Of a DNA stretch of 64,000 nt, positions 1 to 13,162 are shown one piece after another. The position numbers and the translations under genes are program-made. The stretch comes from Lama glama (taxonomy: Eukaryota), in contig CM052817.1 in assembly GCA_028534125.1 (NCBI GenBank), forward strand, positions 56,422,001-56,486,000. The letters are read 5' to 3'. Under the pieces are notes generated by a model. The model was not told the origin of the DNA, did not search any database, and saw only the letters and a list, made by a program, of their open reading frames with translations. The number at the start of each line of letters is the position of its first letter. Position 1 is the first letter of the stretch.

Positions 1-239
1 TGCCACACTGATGTTATGATTATATTAAGAGATAATGATATTGACAATGTAGCACTCTTTTTCTTCTTTTTAAAACTTCTTCTTAGATATTGTAAAATAT
101 TACTGTGCCAGATGAATGTTGAAGTTAGTTTACCCGGGGGCACAAGAATTATTTTGAAAATGTGAAAGTACTTGGAGAATTCATATCTGTAAGAAACTGG
201 TTTCATAACCAAGGACATATGTATTTTGCCATATGTTTA

Positions 240-995
240 GATCTCATTTCTATATTTCACTAAGATTTTTAATATAATTTCTATTATGTTCTTAAAACAT
301 ATTTCTAAGTTTTTAGAGTTTATGTGGTATTGTGAATAGCATCTTTTTCCAATTTTTACTACTAGAAGCATATTGCTGGCATAAATAGCAATTGACTTAC
401 ATGTTAATATCATATAGAACAAAATTATCAACTTTTTTTTTTTTCTGGCAGTTTTTACTGGAAGCTCTCTGGCTTTTGAGGAATTCAATCATAAGGAATT
501 CAATCATAGTAAAGGAGCGAAACTTGCCTCTTATGTTCCAATGTTTATGCTGTTTATTTACTTTTCTTGTCCAGTACATCTTCTACAAACTTTAAGACAA
601 CATTAAACAAATACAGATGATAACTGGCAACACTGGCTAGTTACTGTTTTAATTAAAATATATATATTTTTAAGATTTCCACATTGGAATGGTATTTTTA
701 CTAAGTAAATTTAAGTAGTTTGTAATATTTATAAAGTTTTCTTCTATTATGTATGTTTAGGGTTTTATTTATGATGATAGTGAAATATTATCAAATGTTC
801 TACATTTTTATGTTTATCTTCGTGTTTTTCCCCCTTACGTGTTGATGTAATTGATACTATAAGCATATATAATTGTACTGAAACCACCCTTCCAGTTCTT
901 AAATTAAACCTATTTGATCATAGTATATTATTCTTGATATACAGTTGAACTATAATGCTAATATCTTACTCAGATTTTTTACATCTATTTTCATA
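240..995 (-). mobile_element. Ancient L1 (L1M/L1ME-like) ORF2 fragment, highly decayed
   Basis: T-rich antisense L1 ORF2 phrasing (e.g. gtattgtgaatagcat...tattgctggcataaatagcaattgac; atttgatcatagtatattattctt). Confidence 0.6.
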
Positions 996-1578
996 AGTGA
1001 TGAAAGAATGTTTATAAGGTAAAGAAAATATATCTAAGCAATGTCTTACTATATTGAATGAATATAGCTTGAACTAACTTACTGAAATAAAATATTTTGA
1101 CTTTACCATTTTACTGATACTGTTATAATCAACATTTCAGCAATCATTAAGATAAAGAAATTTAAAACTCATTGATTCTGTACTTGGTGGTCCCTTAGCA
1201 TATAATTTCAGGAACAATGTACTTTAGGCCTTAAAAATAGAAATTTCCTAAATGTCAATAATAAAACAGCCCCAAAGTGCTATAAATAAATCAACCAATG
1301 AAGTGCATATACATATACACTATTTTACAACTCACCTCAGAAAAAAGCAGCAAGTCCTGATGTGATTTCAGAGGTGCTGGGAAGTCTATGTATATTTGAC
1401 AGATAATCTCCCAGGGCTAGTGCCCAGCACAGTAGAGGCTCCCTACGACCCTGTTCTAGCACCATGCCTCCCATCAGTTCTGACTGGACACTTACTATAC
1501 TCTACCTGTTGTTAATATTTTGAAAATCTTACATGTTATAAACATATATTTTTAGAAGTTAACTTTTAATAAAGAATG

Positions 1579-2414
1579 AGGGAACCCTCCCACACTGTTG
1601 ATAGGAATGTAGTTTGGTGCAGCAGCCACTTGGAAAACAGTATGGAGATTCTTCAAAAGACTGAAAATAGATTTACCATTTGATCCAGCAATCCCACTCT
1701 TGGGCATATATCCAGAGGGAATTTTAATTCAAAAGATACATGCACCCCAATGTTCACAGCAGCGCCATTAACAATAGCCAAGACATGGAAACAATCTAAA
1801 TGTCCATTGACAGATGACTGGACAAAGGAGCTGTGGTATATTTATACAATGGAATAGAATTGGCCATAAGAAAGAATAAAATAATACGATTTGCAGCAAC
1901 ATGGATGGACCTGGAGATTGTCATTCTAAGTGAAGGAAGCCAGAAAGAAAAAGAAAAATAACATATGATATCCTTTATATGTGGAATCTGAAAAAAAAAA
2001 AAGAACTTATTTACAAAACAGAAGCAGACTCACAGACACAGAAAACAAACTATGGTTACTGGTGGGAAGGGAGTAGAAAGGGATAAATTGAGAGTTCAAG
2101 ATTTGCAGATACTAACTACTGTATGTAAAATAGATAGACAGTAAGCTTATACTGTATAGCACAGGGAACTATATTCAATATCTTGTAAAGATACTAACTA
2201 CTGTATGTAAAATAGATAAACAGTAAGTTTATACTGTATAGCACAGGGAACTATATTCAATATCTTGTAATAACTTATGGTGGAAAAAGTATGAAAACGA
2301 GTATATATATGTTCATATATGACTGAAGCATTATGCTGTACACTAGAAATTGATACATTGTAAACTGACTATACTTAAAAATACACACACACACACACAC
2401 AAAGAAAAAAAAAA
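1579..2414 (+). mobile_element. Younger cetartiodactyl/camelid L1, 5'-truncated (ORF2 C-terminus + 3'UTR + A/(AC)n tail)
   Basis: agggaaccctcccacactgttg, gatccagcaatcccactcttgggcatatatccaga, tttgcagcaacatggatggacctggaga, tatagcacagggaactatattcaatatcttgtaataac, tgtaaactgactatactt + A-rich tail. Confidence 0.92.
2107..2270 (+). repeat. 82-bp tandem duplication inside L1 3'UTR (2107-2188 / 2189-2270)
   Basis: Two copies of agatactaactactgtatgtaaaatagata...caatatcttgtaa differing at 2 positions. Confidence 0.95.
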
Positions 2415-3515
2415 GGGATGAATAAGAGGGCATGAAGACACTGTATATTTTTTAATATAAAAGAAAACTCATTGGGCCAGGAGGTGGATGAGAGAAGTAT
2501 GGAAAGTGAAGGCCTGAGTTAATAGAAACTGATCTAGTCTGTTCCCTAAGAGTTGTTTTCGCTCACATCTGCATTCTCTGGCACACCCTTCCTGTCTTTA
2601 TACTGGAAAACCATAAGAAAGGAACTGTGTCTTAACCCGTTCACTAAGGTAAATACTTTAGCTGTTTCACAGAAAGAAGAATCACAAGACAAGGAATGGC
2701 CATATTTAGATTGTTAGAGTTTCTCTCTCAGATCTTGGATATATATTCTTCCTCTCCCATGGGAAAAACTTCATACACATATATATGTACATATATATAT
2801 CTCTCTCTTCCTAAGATATTTATTTCTATTCAATTATAAAATTAGCATAAATATAGTCTGCACTTGCAAACATTTTATGGTAACTCACTAAATTAAAAAA
2901 AAGGTTTTAGCTATTTTATTATTTGATAGTGTCAAAAGAATTTTCAAAGATGACTTTCTTCAAAAGTTGTCAATCATATCAAGTTCATTTAATAACTCCA
3001 ATACTGAGACCATTCTAAAGTAGAACCCAGAATCTATGCTATTACTAATGCTGATTTAAACAGTGATTTTCCCTATGGAAAAATAAGGTTAGTTGACTCT
3101 GAAAGATTGATACCATCAAGGAGTCTAGAGGAGACCTCAGATAAATATTTGAGACACTGCCAAGGAGAAGGGAGTGTTAGTTTGAGCTACACCATGCCTA
3201 TAAAATTCTAGAAGTAGCCCAGATATGGGAAAGGTCCAGGCCAAGCACTTTGAGCTATCTAAAAACCCTCTCTCTTCAGGAGGGGTAATCAGAATGGAAG
3301 GAAAAACAAACTATTGGGGAAAAGGGGGGGAAAAACCATGGCCATTTTTCTTATCCCTTTAATTTAGGTAACACTGCCAAACAAAAAATACGGATCTTCC
3401 TCAATCAGCAATGCTGAATCTCTGGGCTTTAAGGCCACAGTTCCCCATAGGTTAATGGATTTTTTGACAACAAAAGAGAGGTTGGAATCGATTAGAGTAC
3501 TTCATCATGTCAAGG

Positions 3516-3516
<1 letters not shown>

Positions 3517-3546
<30 letters not shown>
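3517..3546. repeat. Poly(T)30 tract
   Basis: Directly visible. Confidence 0.95.
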
Positions 3547-3548
<2 letters not shown>

Positions 3549-4739
3549 AAAGAAGGAAGGATAATGATCATTTGTCACTAGCCCAACTATTCCTCATTAA
3601 GAGAGGTTTTTATGAACAGCTGAGTTCCATCCTTAAGATGAAGGCTAGCAAGTAACAGTTTTGGTAACAGGAAGAACCGGGAGGTAATCATTTCACTTAT
3701 CAAAATGTTTGGTTTCTCACTTTGTGAAGTGAATTGCGTGACTGTCAGGCATTTGACATTGTTTGCAGACAAATGTCAGTATTGATTTTATTCCTAGTAC
3801 TTTGTACGTATGGAATCAGCAGAATACACATAGTTACAAGAAACAAAAGTAAAACCACAGGTGAGAAGGGTTTCAGACTGTTTCTCCACTGGGGTGTTGG
3901 TTTAAAAAGTAGCCCAAAGGCATTTTGAGGATTTCTAATGAGATCTAAGAAACCAAAAATTTGAAGTACTGACCAATAGGCCATGGTTGGGGAAAGCAGC
4001 ACGGACCTGCAGTGCTTGACTACAGGGCTTGGCTGGCTCCCAGTTTGTTGTGTCTCCAATCATCTTCACCTACTGGTGATGTTAAATTAACGTTAGGCTG
4101 GCTTTGTGACAGGACAAAGGGAAAGTGAGGATTTATTAGGCAATTTTTATAAGGGTCTTATAAGGTAAGAAAATTTAACATCCAAAATCAAGATAAAGTT
4201 TTAGATTCAGGGAGCTTAATTTGTTTTTTCCCCCCAGAAAACAGTACATAAGAAACATATTAAGGAGAAAAAATATGTATCTATACACACACAAATATTT
4301 TATTTTTCAAATTGCTTTCTTCAAACTCCTAGGTTTTTTAAACACATAAAAGCATGTTTTAAAAAAAAAAAGTACGTTTACAAATAATGTAATATGACAA
4401 TGATCTTATCATACCACTTGATCCCTTCTCTTCATCTAAACTAAACATAAAATCATTTCTACAGGTGAAGCAGATAACTTTTAATGAAATATGTGTATTC
4501 CAAAATAGAAATTATAAGACTTCAAAAGATTATTTTGAGTGTCCTTGAATTAGGATGGGCATTCTGTAAGAAATCCCTTTTTGATAGGCTGTGTTATGGC
4601 AACTGGAAGAAGCTTAAAATATTTGTATGAGGCTAGAGACAAGTTACAGAATATAACTAAATACTTAGAAAATTCTAACATCTATTAAAACATTGACATT
4701 TTTCAAAAAATTAAGTTAGTGTTCAATTCAGAAGCTACA

Positions 4740-6340
4740 TTAATATGAAAAGAAAACTAGATAATCTAGAAATAAAACAACATAAAAGCTTAATGAGATA
4801 ATAAATGTAGACTAAAAGGATGTTTCCTTGAAACAACTAATAAAAGTGGCATACTTTTGGCATGATAGATCAAGGAATAAAGAAAGGGTATGGAAAAATA
4901 GTATTAGCAATAAAGCCTTTTTAACAAACATTATTGCAAGATGCTATGAAAATATAAATGCTAAAATTTTGACAAGCAAAATGTACAACTTTCTAGAACT
5001 ATAATTTACCAAATCTAATATAAAACTTAGAAATGTACACTGTTTTATAGGTATTAAATAATCAAATCAATATTTAAAAGCCTCCTCCCCAAATAAAGCA
5101 TCAAACCTGTATTTTATTAGCAAGTTCTATCAAAACTTCAAGTAATAGATATTACCACTCTCATATAGACATTGAGATAATAGAAAAAAATGGAATGTCC
5201 TAATTTCCCTACATAAAGCAAGTACATGTTTGATGCAAGACCAGGCAGGACTCATGAAATAAATTAATTTCACCAGTTATTGTAAATATATCATGCATAA
5301 AAATACTGAACAAACTGAATACAATAAAGTTTTATGAAATAAACATACATCATAATCAGGTTCAGTGTGTCACAGATATGCAAGTATAATTTATAATTAA
5401 AGTAATATGTTATTAAATATATTAACATTTTAAGATTGGAAACATACAATTAATGCAAAATACAAAGACTAGTATTTTATTAAAACATCTCAGCAGCCTG
5501 TCAATATAAGTGAGCTTCCATAACTTCATGAAAAGATGTATCACACAGAATGTACTTTAAATTTAGCAGCTGAGAAATAAAATGTGGATACTAGCTGGTG
5601 AAGTTAAAAAATAATAAATTTTATGTCCAGAAAGGAGAACACAAAAGAGCAATTTTTTTCTTCATGCCCTTAATTATCCTCACAAGACTTTTAAGAAACT
5701 TAGTAGAGAATATTTGTAACATGTGAGATCATACAGTATCTATATCCAAAATTTGGATGTCTCCAACATCCAAAACAGAAAGATTTGTTATTTTAATATG
5801 TATCATGCACAATAGTAGACAAAAATATCAATATTTTAAGATGTCTGACATGGATTTTTCATAAAAGATACAGAGCTTTTCAGGAAAAAATGTAAAATCT
5901 ATATCAAAAGACCTAAAAGAAGATCTGAACAAATGTAGAAATATATAAGACCTATACCATTTTATTTAAATTCTCAAAAGTTCTTTTATGAACTAACAAC
6001 TGATCCTAAAAATTATGTGAAAAACAGCGGTCCATAATGAACAAAAAAATTGGTAGAAATACTAGCTCTGAGGACTTACTTTCCCAACTATGTGTCTTTG
6101 GGCAGTATTAACCAGCAGACCACTATAAACAGAATCACTTACAGAGAAAAGTACGATATAAGACAGAGGAGGCATTGCACATAATCATAACCGTGACAGA
6201 TTTTTCAACAAATGATGCTGGAAAAATTGTCTATTTGTGTGGAAAAAAGATAAAGTAAAATCCCTAGCTTACACTATATGAAAAATAGAAACATGAAAGA
6301 TTAAGGAAATGAATCTAAAGAACAAAATATATACTTATTA
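4740..6340 (+). mobile_element. Ancient L1 (L1M) ORF2 remnant
   Basis: A-rich decayed ORF2 motifs (caagttctatcaaaacttcaag; aaagacctaaaagaagatctgaacaaatg; ttttcaacaaatgatgctggaaaaattg). Confidence 0.75.
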
Positions 6341-6929
6341 CAGTCAATACATGCCATAGTGCCCCAAACATAAAATTTCTAAAATATAAAATTTTATATG
6401 ACTTTTTTCCCAATTTGAAAGAACTTAGCTGTTATCTTCACATATTTGACTCTTCAACAGGCACAGAATCTAACAGAGGAGCATCACTGACAAGCTTTCA
6501 TTGCCTATCTGGTAATATTGTTTATAAGAAGAGTTAGAAAAGGGTGTTGTATGAACACATACTGTGAAGTTGGCTGTGAAGAACTGATAATTATTTTTCA
6601 GTTATAGATGGTGAGGCAGTTTAGTTTGATTAATGATTAATTCTCTACAAGTGTACAGCTACAAATCTTGTATCTATCAGACATAGTATCTTATATCTAT
6701 CAGATCTCTCTAGGACTTCAAAATGTTGGATAATATTGGGTAACGGAATATTTAAAAATTTATGTGCTTTACCCTCCTATGTTCAACCCATTGTCTGCCT
6801 ATCTTATTTTGAAACCTGCCTTTTTTTCTTTCATTCCTCCCACTGACAGTACAAAGTAGACTATATCATGATGGCTCATATTCCAGCTACCAGAGTGAAT
6901 AATCAGTGTTCAGTCATAGATTTGTCTCA

Positions 6930-7045
6930 CCAATATGGGACCTGGGAAAATTCTGGACTTCTTTTTTTCTTATGTAAAATTGGGGCAATTATATATTTTA
7001 TCAACCAACCTCATAATGTTGTTATGATTTTAAAATGAATATATG
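6930..7045 (+). mobile_element. MIR fragment
   Basis: ttcttatgtaaaattgggg...acctcataatgttgttatgattttaaaatga resembles the MIR core. Confidence 0.5.
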
Positions 7046-7469
7046 TATATATACCTAGATCTATAGATAGATGCACACAAGATGCTATCAAAAGCATATA
7101 TACATGCAAGATGCTATGAAAAAAAATTGCTTTACTGTATTTTACTTTCCAAACATAAAATTTATTATTAGTTTTCAACTTCATCAGCTATAATCTGCAT
7201 TACTTTTCTCAGTAGAAGGAGTTCTTGCCTAATTTCTAATTTTAAAATACATTTAACTCACTCTTTTGATAAAACTATATAAGTGGTTAAATAGGTACAT
7301 AGGTAAGTAGACAGATATATGTTCACTTAGATCAATGCCTTTCCCAGAGTGCTCTATTAAAGACAGTTAACTAAATTTTTATTGGCTTCAGTAGTTGGGT
7401 CATTACCTCAATCCCCTAATTATCCCTTTCTCGCAATCTTTCTAACAAAAGAATGTCTCTACAGCATAT

Positions 7470-7670
7470 ATGAAACTGCTATCTGTCCCCTCAAACCTGC
7501 TTCCTCTTCTTGCAAGGCACACAACTTAACTGCATTTTCTCACTTGTTGTAATTAGTTTTGGCCAGGTGACTAAGTTCCAACTGATGGTCTGTGAGCAGA
7601 AAGCACATCTGACTTTAAGTACTGGTTAATAAAAAGCCCCCATGCTTGTGCCACGTCTTTCTGATTGATA
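7470..7670 (+). mobile_element. Old MaLR LTR fragment (MLT1J/K-like)
   Basis: tggccaggtgactaagttccaactgatgg...gagcagaaag motif. Confidence 0.45.
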
Positions 7671-7823
7671 ATCTCAAAAGTGAATTTGCATACAATATAT
7701 AAAGGATAAAAGTGCAGGTATTACTCTAGGAACCAATTAAACTTTCAAAGTGTATCAGCCCAAGCTTGCAATGTTATATGAGAAATGAGTACAACATTTT
7801 TAAAGTAGTTAAAATTTGAGTAC

Positions 7824-7870
7824 TGTATTAGTATTGTCTGGAGAAACAGAACCAGTAAGATTAGATAGAT

Positions 7871-7922
<52 letters not shown>

Positions 7923-8495
7923 TCCACATATCCACATATAAATAGTTAGATATAAATATCCATATATGTCTATACATTTATATATTTTTATAGGAATTGG
8001 CTTATGCAATTATGGAGGCTGAGAAGTCCCGCATCTGATGTCTTCTGGAGAACCAGGAAAGTGGGTGGGCAATGCAGTTCAAGTCTGAAGGCCTGAGAAC
8101 CAGGGAAGCCAATGGTGTTTAAGTCTCAGTCCAACTCTAAAGGCCCAAGAATAGAGGATGGAAAGAGGGGGAGAGTGACGATATAAGGCCCAGCACAAAT
8201 CTGAAGGCCAGAGACCGAGGAGCACCAATGTCAGAGGACAGGAGATGATAGATGTCCCAACTCAAGCAAAGGGCAAATTATCTCTTCCTCCACCTTTTTG
8301 TTCTATTGAGACTCTTAGTGCATTGGATGATGCCCACCTGCACTGATGAGAGCAATCTTCTTTACTCAGTCTACAGATTCAAATGCTCATCTCTTCTGGA
8401 AGCACCCTCATAGACACAATCAGAAATACTGTTTTACTAGCTTTCTGGGCATATTTTAGCCCTATTCATGTTGACATATGAAATTAACCACTGCA
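7824..8495 (-). mobile_element. ERVL solo LTR, MLT2 family (MLT2B-like)
   Basis: tgtattag...gagaaacagaaccag; aggaattggcttatgcaattatggaggctgagaagtccc; gtctgaaggcctgagaaccaggg; ends gttgacatatgaaattaacca. Confidence 0.88.
7862..7922. repeat. (GATA)n tetranucleotide microsatellite within MLT2
   Basis: Directly visible, about 14 units. Confidence 0.95.
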
Positions 8496-8734
8496 CATAG
8501 TGTATTTTACCAAAGTTTAGATTATCCTAAGTAATGCTATGTGTCATTCTCAGAATAAAAGCTTGCAATAACTCCTAACTGGATGTTATATTCCAAAATC
8601 AGGATCATTTTTGTTCAATTGTTTGCCATATTTTAAGCAAAGCATGGACTAATGGGAATGAACTCAGATGTTAGATAGATAGTAGACCTAATATAATAAG
8701 ATATCGAAGAATTGATGACTATCCAACTTGGATT

Positions 8735-9100
8735 TTATTCATTCATTCATTCATTCATTCATTAATCTATTCAAATTTAAATTACTGATTGCCTATAAGT
8801 TTTCATTTTCATTTTAATTCCTTGCCCTGGAATTGAAAAGATGATTTACAAAAAACATCTGTACCCAAGAGGCAGATAGCATTGTGGGTAGAATCAGATG
8901 AAATAAATAATTACAATAAATTATAATGGATAATCTAAGGCATGCAGAAAACTACAACTTAGTAGAAATAATGGTTAGCACAGCCAGGGTTTGAGGTTTG
9001 CAGATTTTTTGCAGAGGTGATATTTGAGCTGATCCTTGTAGGATATGTAAGAATTTAAGAAAAACAAGGCCTAGATGGGCAACTGAAACAGAAAAAATAG
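8735..9100 (-). mobile_element. L2 3' end with (ATTC)n tail
   Basis: (ttca)n run followed by tactgattgcctat, cttgccct and atttgagctgatccttgtagga, typical of antisense L2. Confidence 0.6.
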
Positions 9101-9681
9101 TACAGAAAAAGCATAACATAGTTTTCTTCAAATATTTTTTAGTGCTGTCACATGGAAGAGAGCACAGAATTGTTTGGCTTTGTTCAGAAATATCAGTAAG
9201 GGCATTTTCCATGGGAGGCTGAACAGAGGACGTATAAAGCCCGTCATTTTCATGGTACTAAAACTGGACTTGATAGATGAACACAAACGGGCTTAGAGAA
9301 AAGCCTGAAAACACCAAAAGTGGTTTCCTCGATGACAGCAACCAAGTCAAGCAGAAAAGTGAACTTGAACCTGGTCATTCATCAAAGGAGCCAGGCAAAT
9401 GCTAAATATGGAGGCAAGTTTGTAGAATGAGAAATCGAAAAGCACTTTATTTTAAGAGCAAGATCAAAGCAGATAAAGAGGAGTTGGTCTAGATTAATTC
9501 TGGAGGGTGAGGACTAAGGTCTGAGTGGCTTTTAAGCACCACCAGCTAGAGTTGGGTGAAAAAATGATCCTCGTAAATGTGCTGTGTAAACAGAGACTTT
9601 GGAGAGAGGTTTTCTTTCAAGATAAAAAAGAACTTTAAATTTTTAAAATTATTTTTCTATTTCTTGCAATATATTCCTATC

Positions 9682-10121
9682 TGGAGTGGGTTGGCGTTTA
9701 TCCCTCAAAAAAGATATGCTGGAGCCCTAACTCCAGGTATCTCTGGGTGTGCCTTTATTTGGAAGGATCTTTACAGAGGTAATCAAGTTAAAATGAAGTC
9801 ATTAGGGTGGACCCTAATCCAAAATGACTGGGATCCTTATAATAAGTGGAAATGTGGGCAGAGACAGGCACACAGGGAGAACTCCACATGAAGATAAAAG
9901 CAGAGATTAGAGTAAAGTATCTACAAGCCCAAGAATGCTAAAGATACACAGCAAATCACCCTCCGGAAGAGGCATGGCATAGTCTCCCTCATAGCCCCAG
10001 AAGGGAAGCAATTTTGCTGTCACTTTGATTTCGGGTATCCAGATTTTAATACAATATATTTCTCTTGTTTACAACACCCAGTTCATGGCATTTTGTTATG
10101 GCAACCCAGGAAACTAATACA
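9682..10121 (+). mobile_element. MaLR solo LTR (MLT1B/C-like)
   Basis: gttaaaatgaagtcattagggtggaccctaatcc; gcagagattagagt; ends ttgttatggcaacccaggaaactaataca. Confidence 0.88.
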
Positions 10122-10369
10122 ATGATAATTTACTGAAAATTTAACACTTGTTATATGCTCTGCTAGGTACTTTCCTCTCATGGTATTTGTTACAATTTCA
10201 TTACAGTATATTAAGTACAGTAATTAGCACATATAAAATTTTACAATTTGTTCAGAATTTTCTGTAAATGGAATCACACTAGGTACCAATGATTTGAAGA
10301 TTGATCCTTGCTATTGCATATATCAGTAGTCCGTTTCTGTAATTTTCTCTTTTTTTTTTCCTTCTTTCT

Positions 10370-12480
10370 TTTTTCCAATTTCTTTGTCAGATTTTAATAT
10401 CAAGGTCACAATGGCATCCTAAAAAGAACTGGTCAATCATCTCTCCTCCTTTATTTTCTGAAAAGATTTGTGGTAAATGTGTGTTATTTATTCTTTATAT
10501 ATTTAGTAAAATTCTCTAGCAAAACCATCTGGACCTTGACATTTTTTTGGAGATATTCTGACAGCAAATTCAATTTCTTCAATGGCTATAGAGCTATTCA
10601 GATTTGGTGTGGAGGTTAGTGTCAATTTTGTTAAGTTGTATTTTTCAAGATGTATGTCCATTCATCTAAGTTGTCAAACTTGTTGGCATAAAGTTGTTCA
10701 TAGTATTCAATCACTGCCTTTCAATTTCTACAGCATCTATAACGATGGCCTTCTTAATATAGGTGATTTGTGTTGCCTCTTTTTCTCTTAGTCTATTTAG
10801 GAATTTGTCAATTACACTGATCTTAGCAAAACACATCTTTTGGTTTTTCTAATTCTTTCTGTTGCCTGTTTTCATTGCATTGATATATGCTCTTCTTTTA
10901 TTATTTCTTTACTTCCCTTACGTTGGGTTTACTTTGTTTTACTTTTTCTAATACGTGAATTTGGAATCATAGATAATTTATTCTAGGTAATTTTTCTTTC
11001 CTAACATATACATTTAAAGCGCTGAGTTTCCCACCAAGTGTTTCTTTAACTGATTCAAGTAAATATTGACTGGATTTCAACTGTCATTCAGTTAAAAAAA
11101 ACTATTTTCTAATTTCCTTTCTGATTTCACCTATAATCCAGAAGGGTTCTGTTTGACCCATGGATTTACATAGCTGTATTTTTCAGATTTGGGGGGGTAT
11201 TTCCAGATATCTGTGGCAGAGATCTACATATCCTACTTTAATTTACTCCTATTTTGGCCAAAGAATAAAATCTGTATACATTTTATTTTTTAAATTTATT
11301 GAGTTTTGTTTTATAGTCTAGCATATAGTCAACCTAAACAGCATTTTTTTCCCCATGGAAAAGAATGTGTATTGAGTACACATTATGTTGAATGTAATAA
11401 TGTAATAAATAATATTTCCAGTGGTAAATAGTGCTGTAATTAGTGTCTTGTTATTCTGTTAGTTGTTGAGAGCGGGATGTTAATATCTTCTTCTATGTTT
11501 GTTGAATTGTCAATTTCTTTTTACAATTCATTCATTTTTATTTTGTGTATTTTGAGGCTATTTTATCATTTTGAGATGCATATACATTTAGAAATATGTC
11601 CTACTGATGACTCAGTCCTTTTTTCATTATAAAATGTCCTACTTTACTTCTGGTAATATTCTTTGTCTTGAAGTCCATTTTATATGATATTAAGATAGCC
11701 ACTCCAATCTTACTAAGCTTACTATTTGTATAGTAAACCTCATTCTATTACTTCACTTTCAATCTACCTATGACTTTATATTTAAAATATTTTTCTTATA
11801 GGCTACATGTAAGTGCAGTTTTACATTTTAATCAATCTCTGGTTCTTGGTGCTTAGACAATTAACATTTAATGTAATTATTGATATGGCTGGATATAGTC
11901 TCATATGGTTGATACAGCCTCATTTATTGCTTGTTTTCTATTTATCCCCTCTGATTTTTGCTCCTCTGTTTTACCTTTTATCTCTTCTTTTGGATTTTAT
12001 TTGATCTTCATATTTTAAGGTATATATTGGATTTTTGGCTATATATCTTTACATAATTTTTTTTACCACTGTAGGAATTAAAATACACATATTCAAGTAT
12101 TCACAGTCATCTCAGAATAAGGTTGCACTACTTCAATAAAATACAGAATGTTTGCAACCATATAGGTCTCTTTATACCCCCACTAAGCCTTATCTTATAG
12201 TTGTTAAATCTTTTACATCTACATATATTGAAAGTCCCATTGTACATTGTTATACTTTTTGCTGTCATCATGTGTTTATATTTTAAGTAAAAATAAAAAT
12301 AGTCTATTATATTTAATTAAATATTTATCATTTCTACTCTCTCTTCATTCTTAGATTCCCTCTGGTATCATTTTCCTTCAACCTGAAGAGATTTCTTTAA
12401 CATTTCTTATAGAGTAGGTTTGCTAGTACAGATGCTCTTACTTTTCATTCATCTCAGAATACCTTTCTTCATTCCCTTAA
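10370..12480 (-). mobile_element. Old L1 (L1M) fragment, ORF2 5' part/inter-ORF region
   Basis: Antisense L1 phrasing: gattttaatatcaaggt, aaaaccatctggacct, gaaaagaatgtgtatt, cattataaaatgtcct, ctttaacatttcttatagagtagg. Confidence 0.85.
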
Positions 12481-12568
12481 TATCTTCATTTCCCTTATGT
12501 GCTCAATGTCTCCAATCTGTTTTTCTTTCCTCTACAATCTGATAATATTTGTTTGCTTTGATCAGAAA

Positions 12569-13162
12569 CAATCCTCAGGTCAGGGAGGCTGAAACTGGTG
12601 GGGTGCAGGTGATCTGCAGCAGGATCTACATCTCCACGAGGAAGGTGTCAATGGGGGTGTCTCTGAAGAGCTTGAAGAAAAGGTGCTCCAGGCATGACAC
12701 CTGATGGAGTGCAGGGCTGGGAGGCACAGCAGCAGTTTTGCAAACATGCCTGGTTGTTCCAGATACTTCTGCTTGGTGTTAGCCTCAAGAATGGCATAAA
12801 TTTTCTCTCCCAGAACCTCTGGGGGGTTGGACAGACCCTCGGCATCTGGGTTAAACAGCATGATGGCTCGCAGGCCTCCCAGCTCCATCGCATCCATCTG
12901 CTTCATTTTGAACACCAGCTCAGTCAGAACTCTGACAAAGATGGAGCCTGCCCCAGCACTTTGGACACTGCTCAGGTGAATGTATAAACTCATGGCCAGA
13001 AGGATGCCATCCTGCCCACAGAAGCCAGTAGGAGGAGAAGAGGACAGCCAGCAATCCACTCTACCCTGTCTGGAACAAAATGACCTGGACCTCCAAGGTG
13101 AGGTCAGAGAAATGGGAAACGCAGTTGGTCCATTCAAAGAGAGGGGTAAATGGCTTATCAGC
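12569..13162 (-). pseudogene. RXRG: Processed pseudogene of retinoid X receptor gamma (ligand-binding domain + ~35 nt 3'UTR)
   Basis: Minus-strand translation, frameshifted, gives ADK..EW...[96 protein letters not shown]...LQIT. SDLTLE, TKQKY.EQPG and the LQIT C-terminus point to RXRG rather than RXRA/RXRB. The match is contiguous across several parent exon junctions and contains stops and frameshifts. Confidence 0.92.

Noticed and set aside
3517..4060. Poly(T)30 as the tail of a minus-strand retrocopy
   Set aside because: No polyA signal near the tract, no TSD found, and the adjacent ORFs are unrecognisable
7745..8009. ORFs with (YLSI)n repeats
   Set aside because: Translation of the (GATA)n microsatellite
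12580..13137. 185-aa ORF as a functional RXR gene
   Set aside because: It starts at TTG, both ends are out of the RXRG frame, it lacks the DNA-binding domain and AF-2, and it shows heavy non-synonymous decay, so it is a pseudogene
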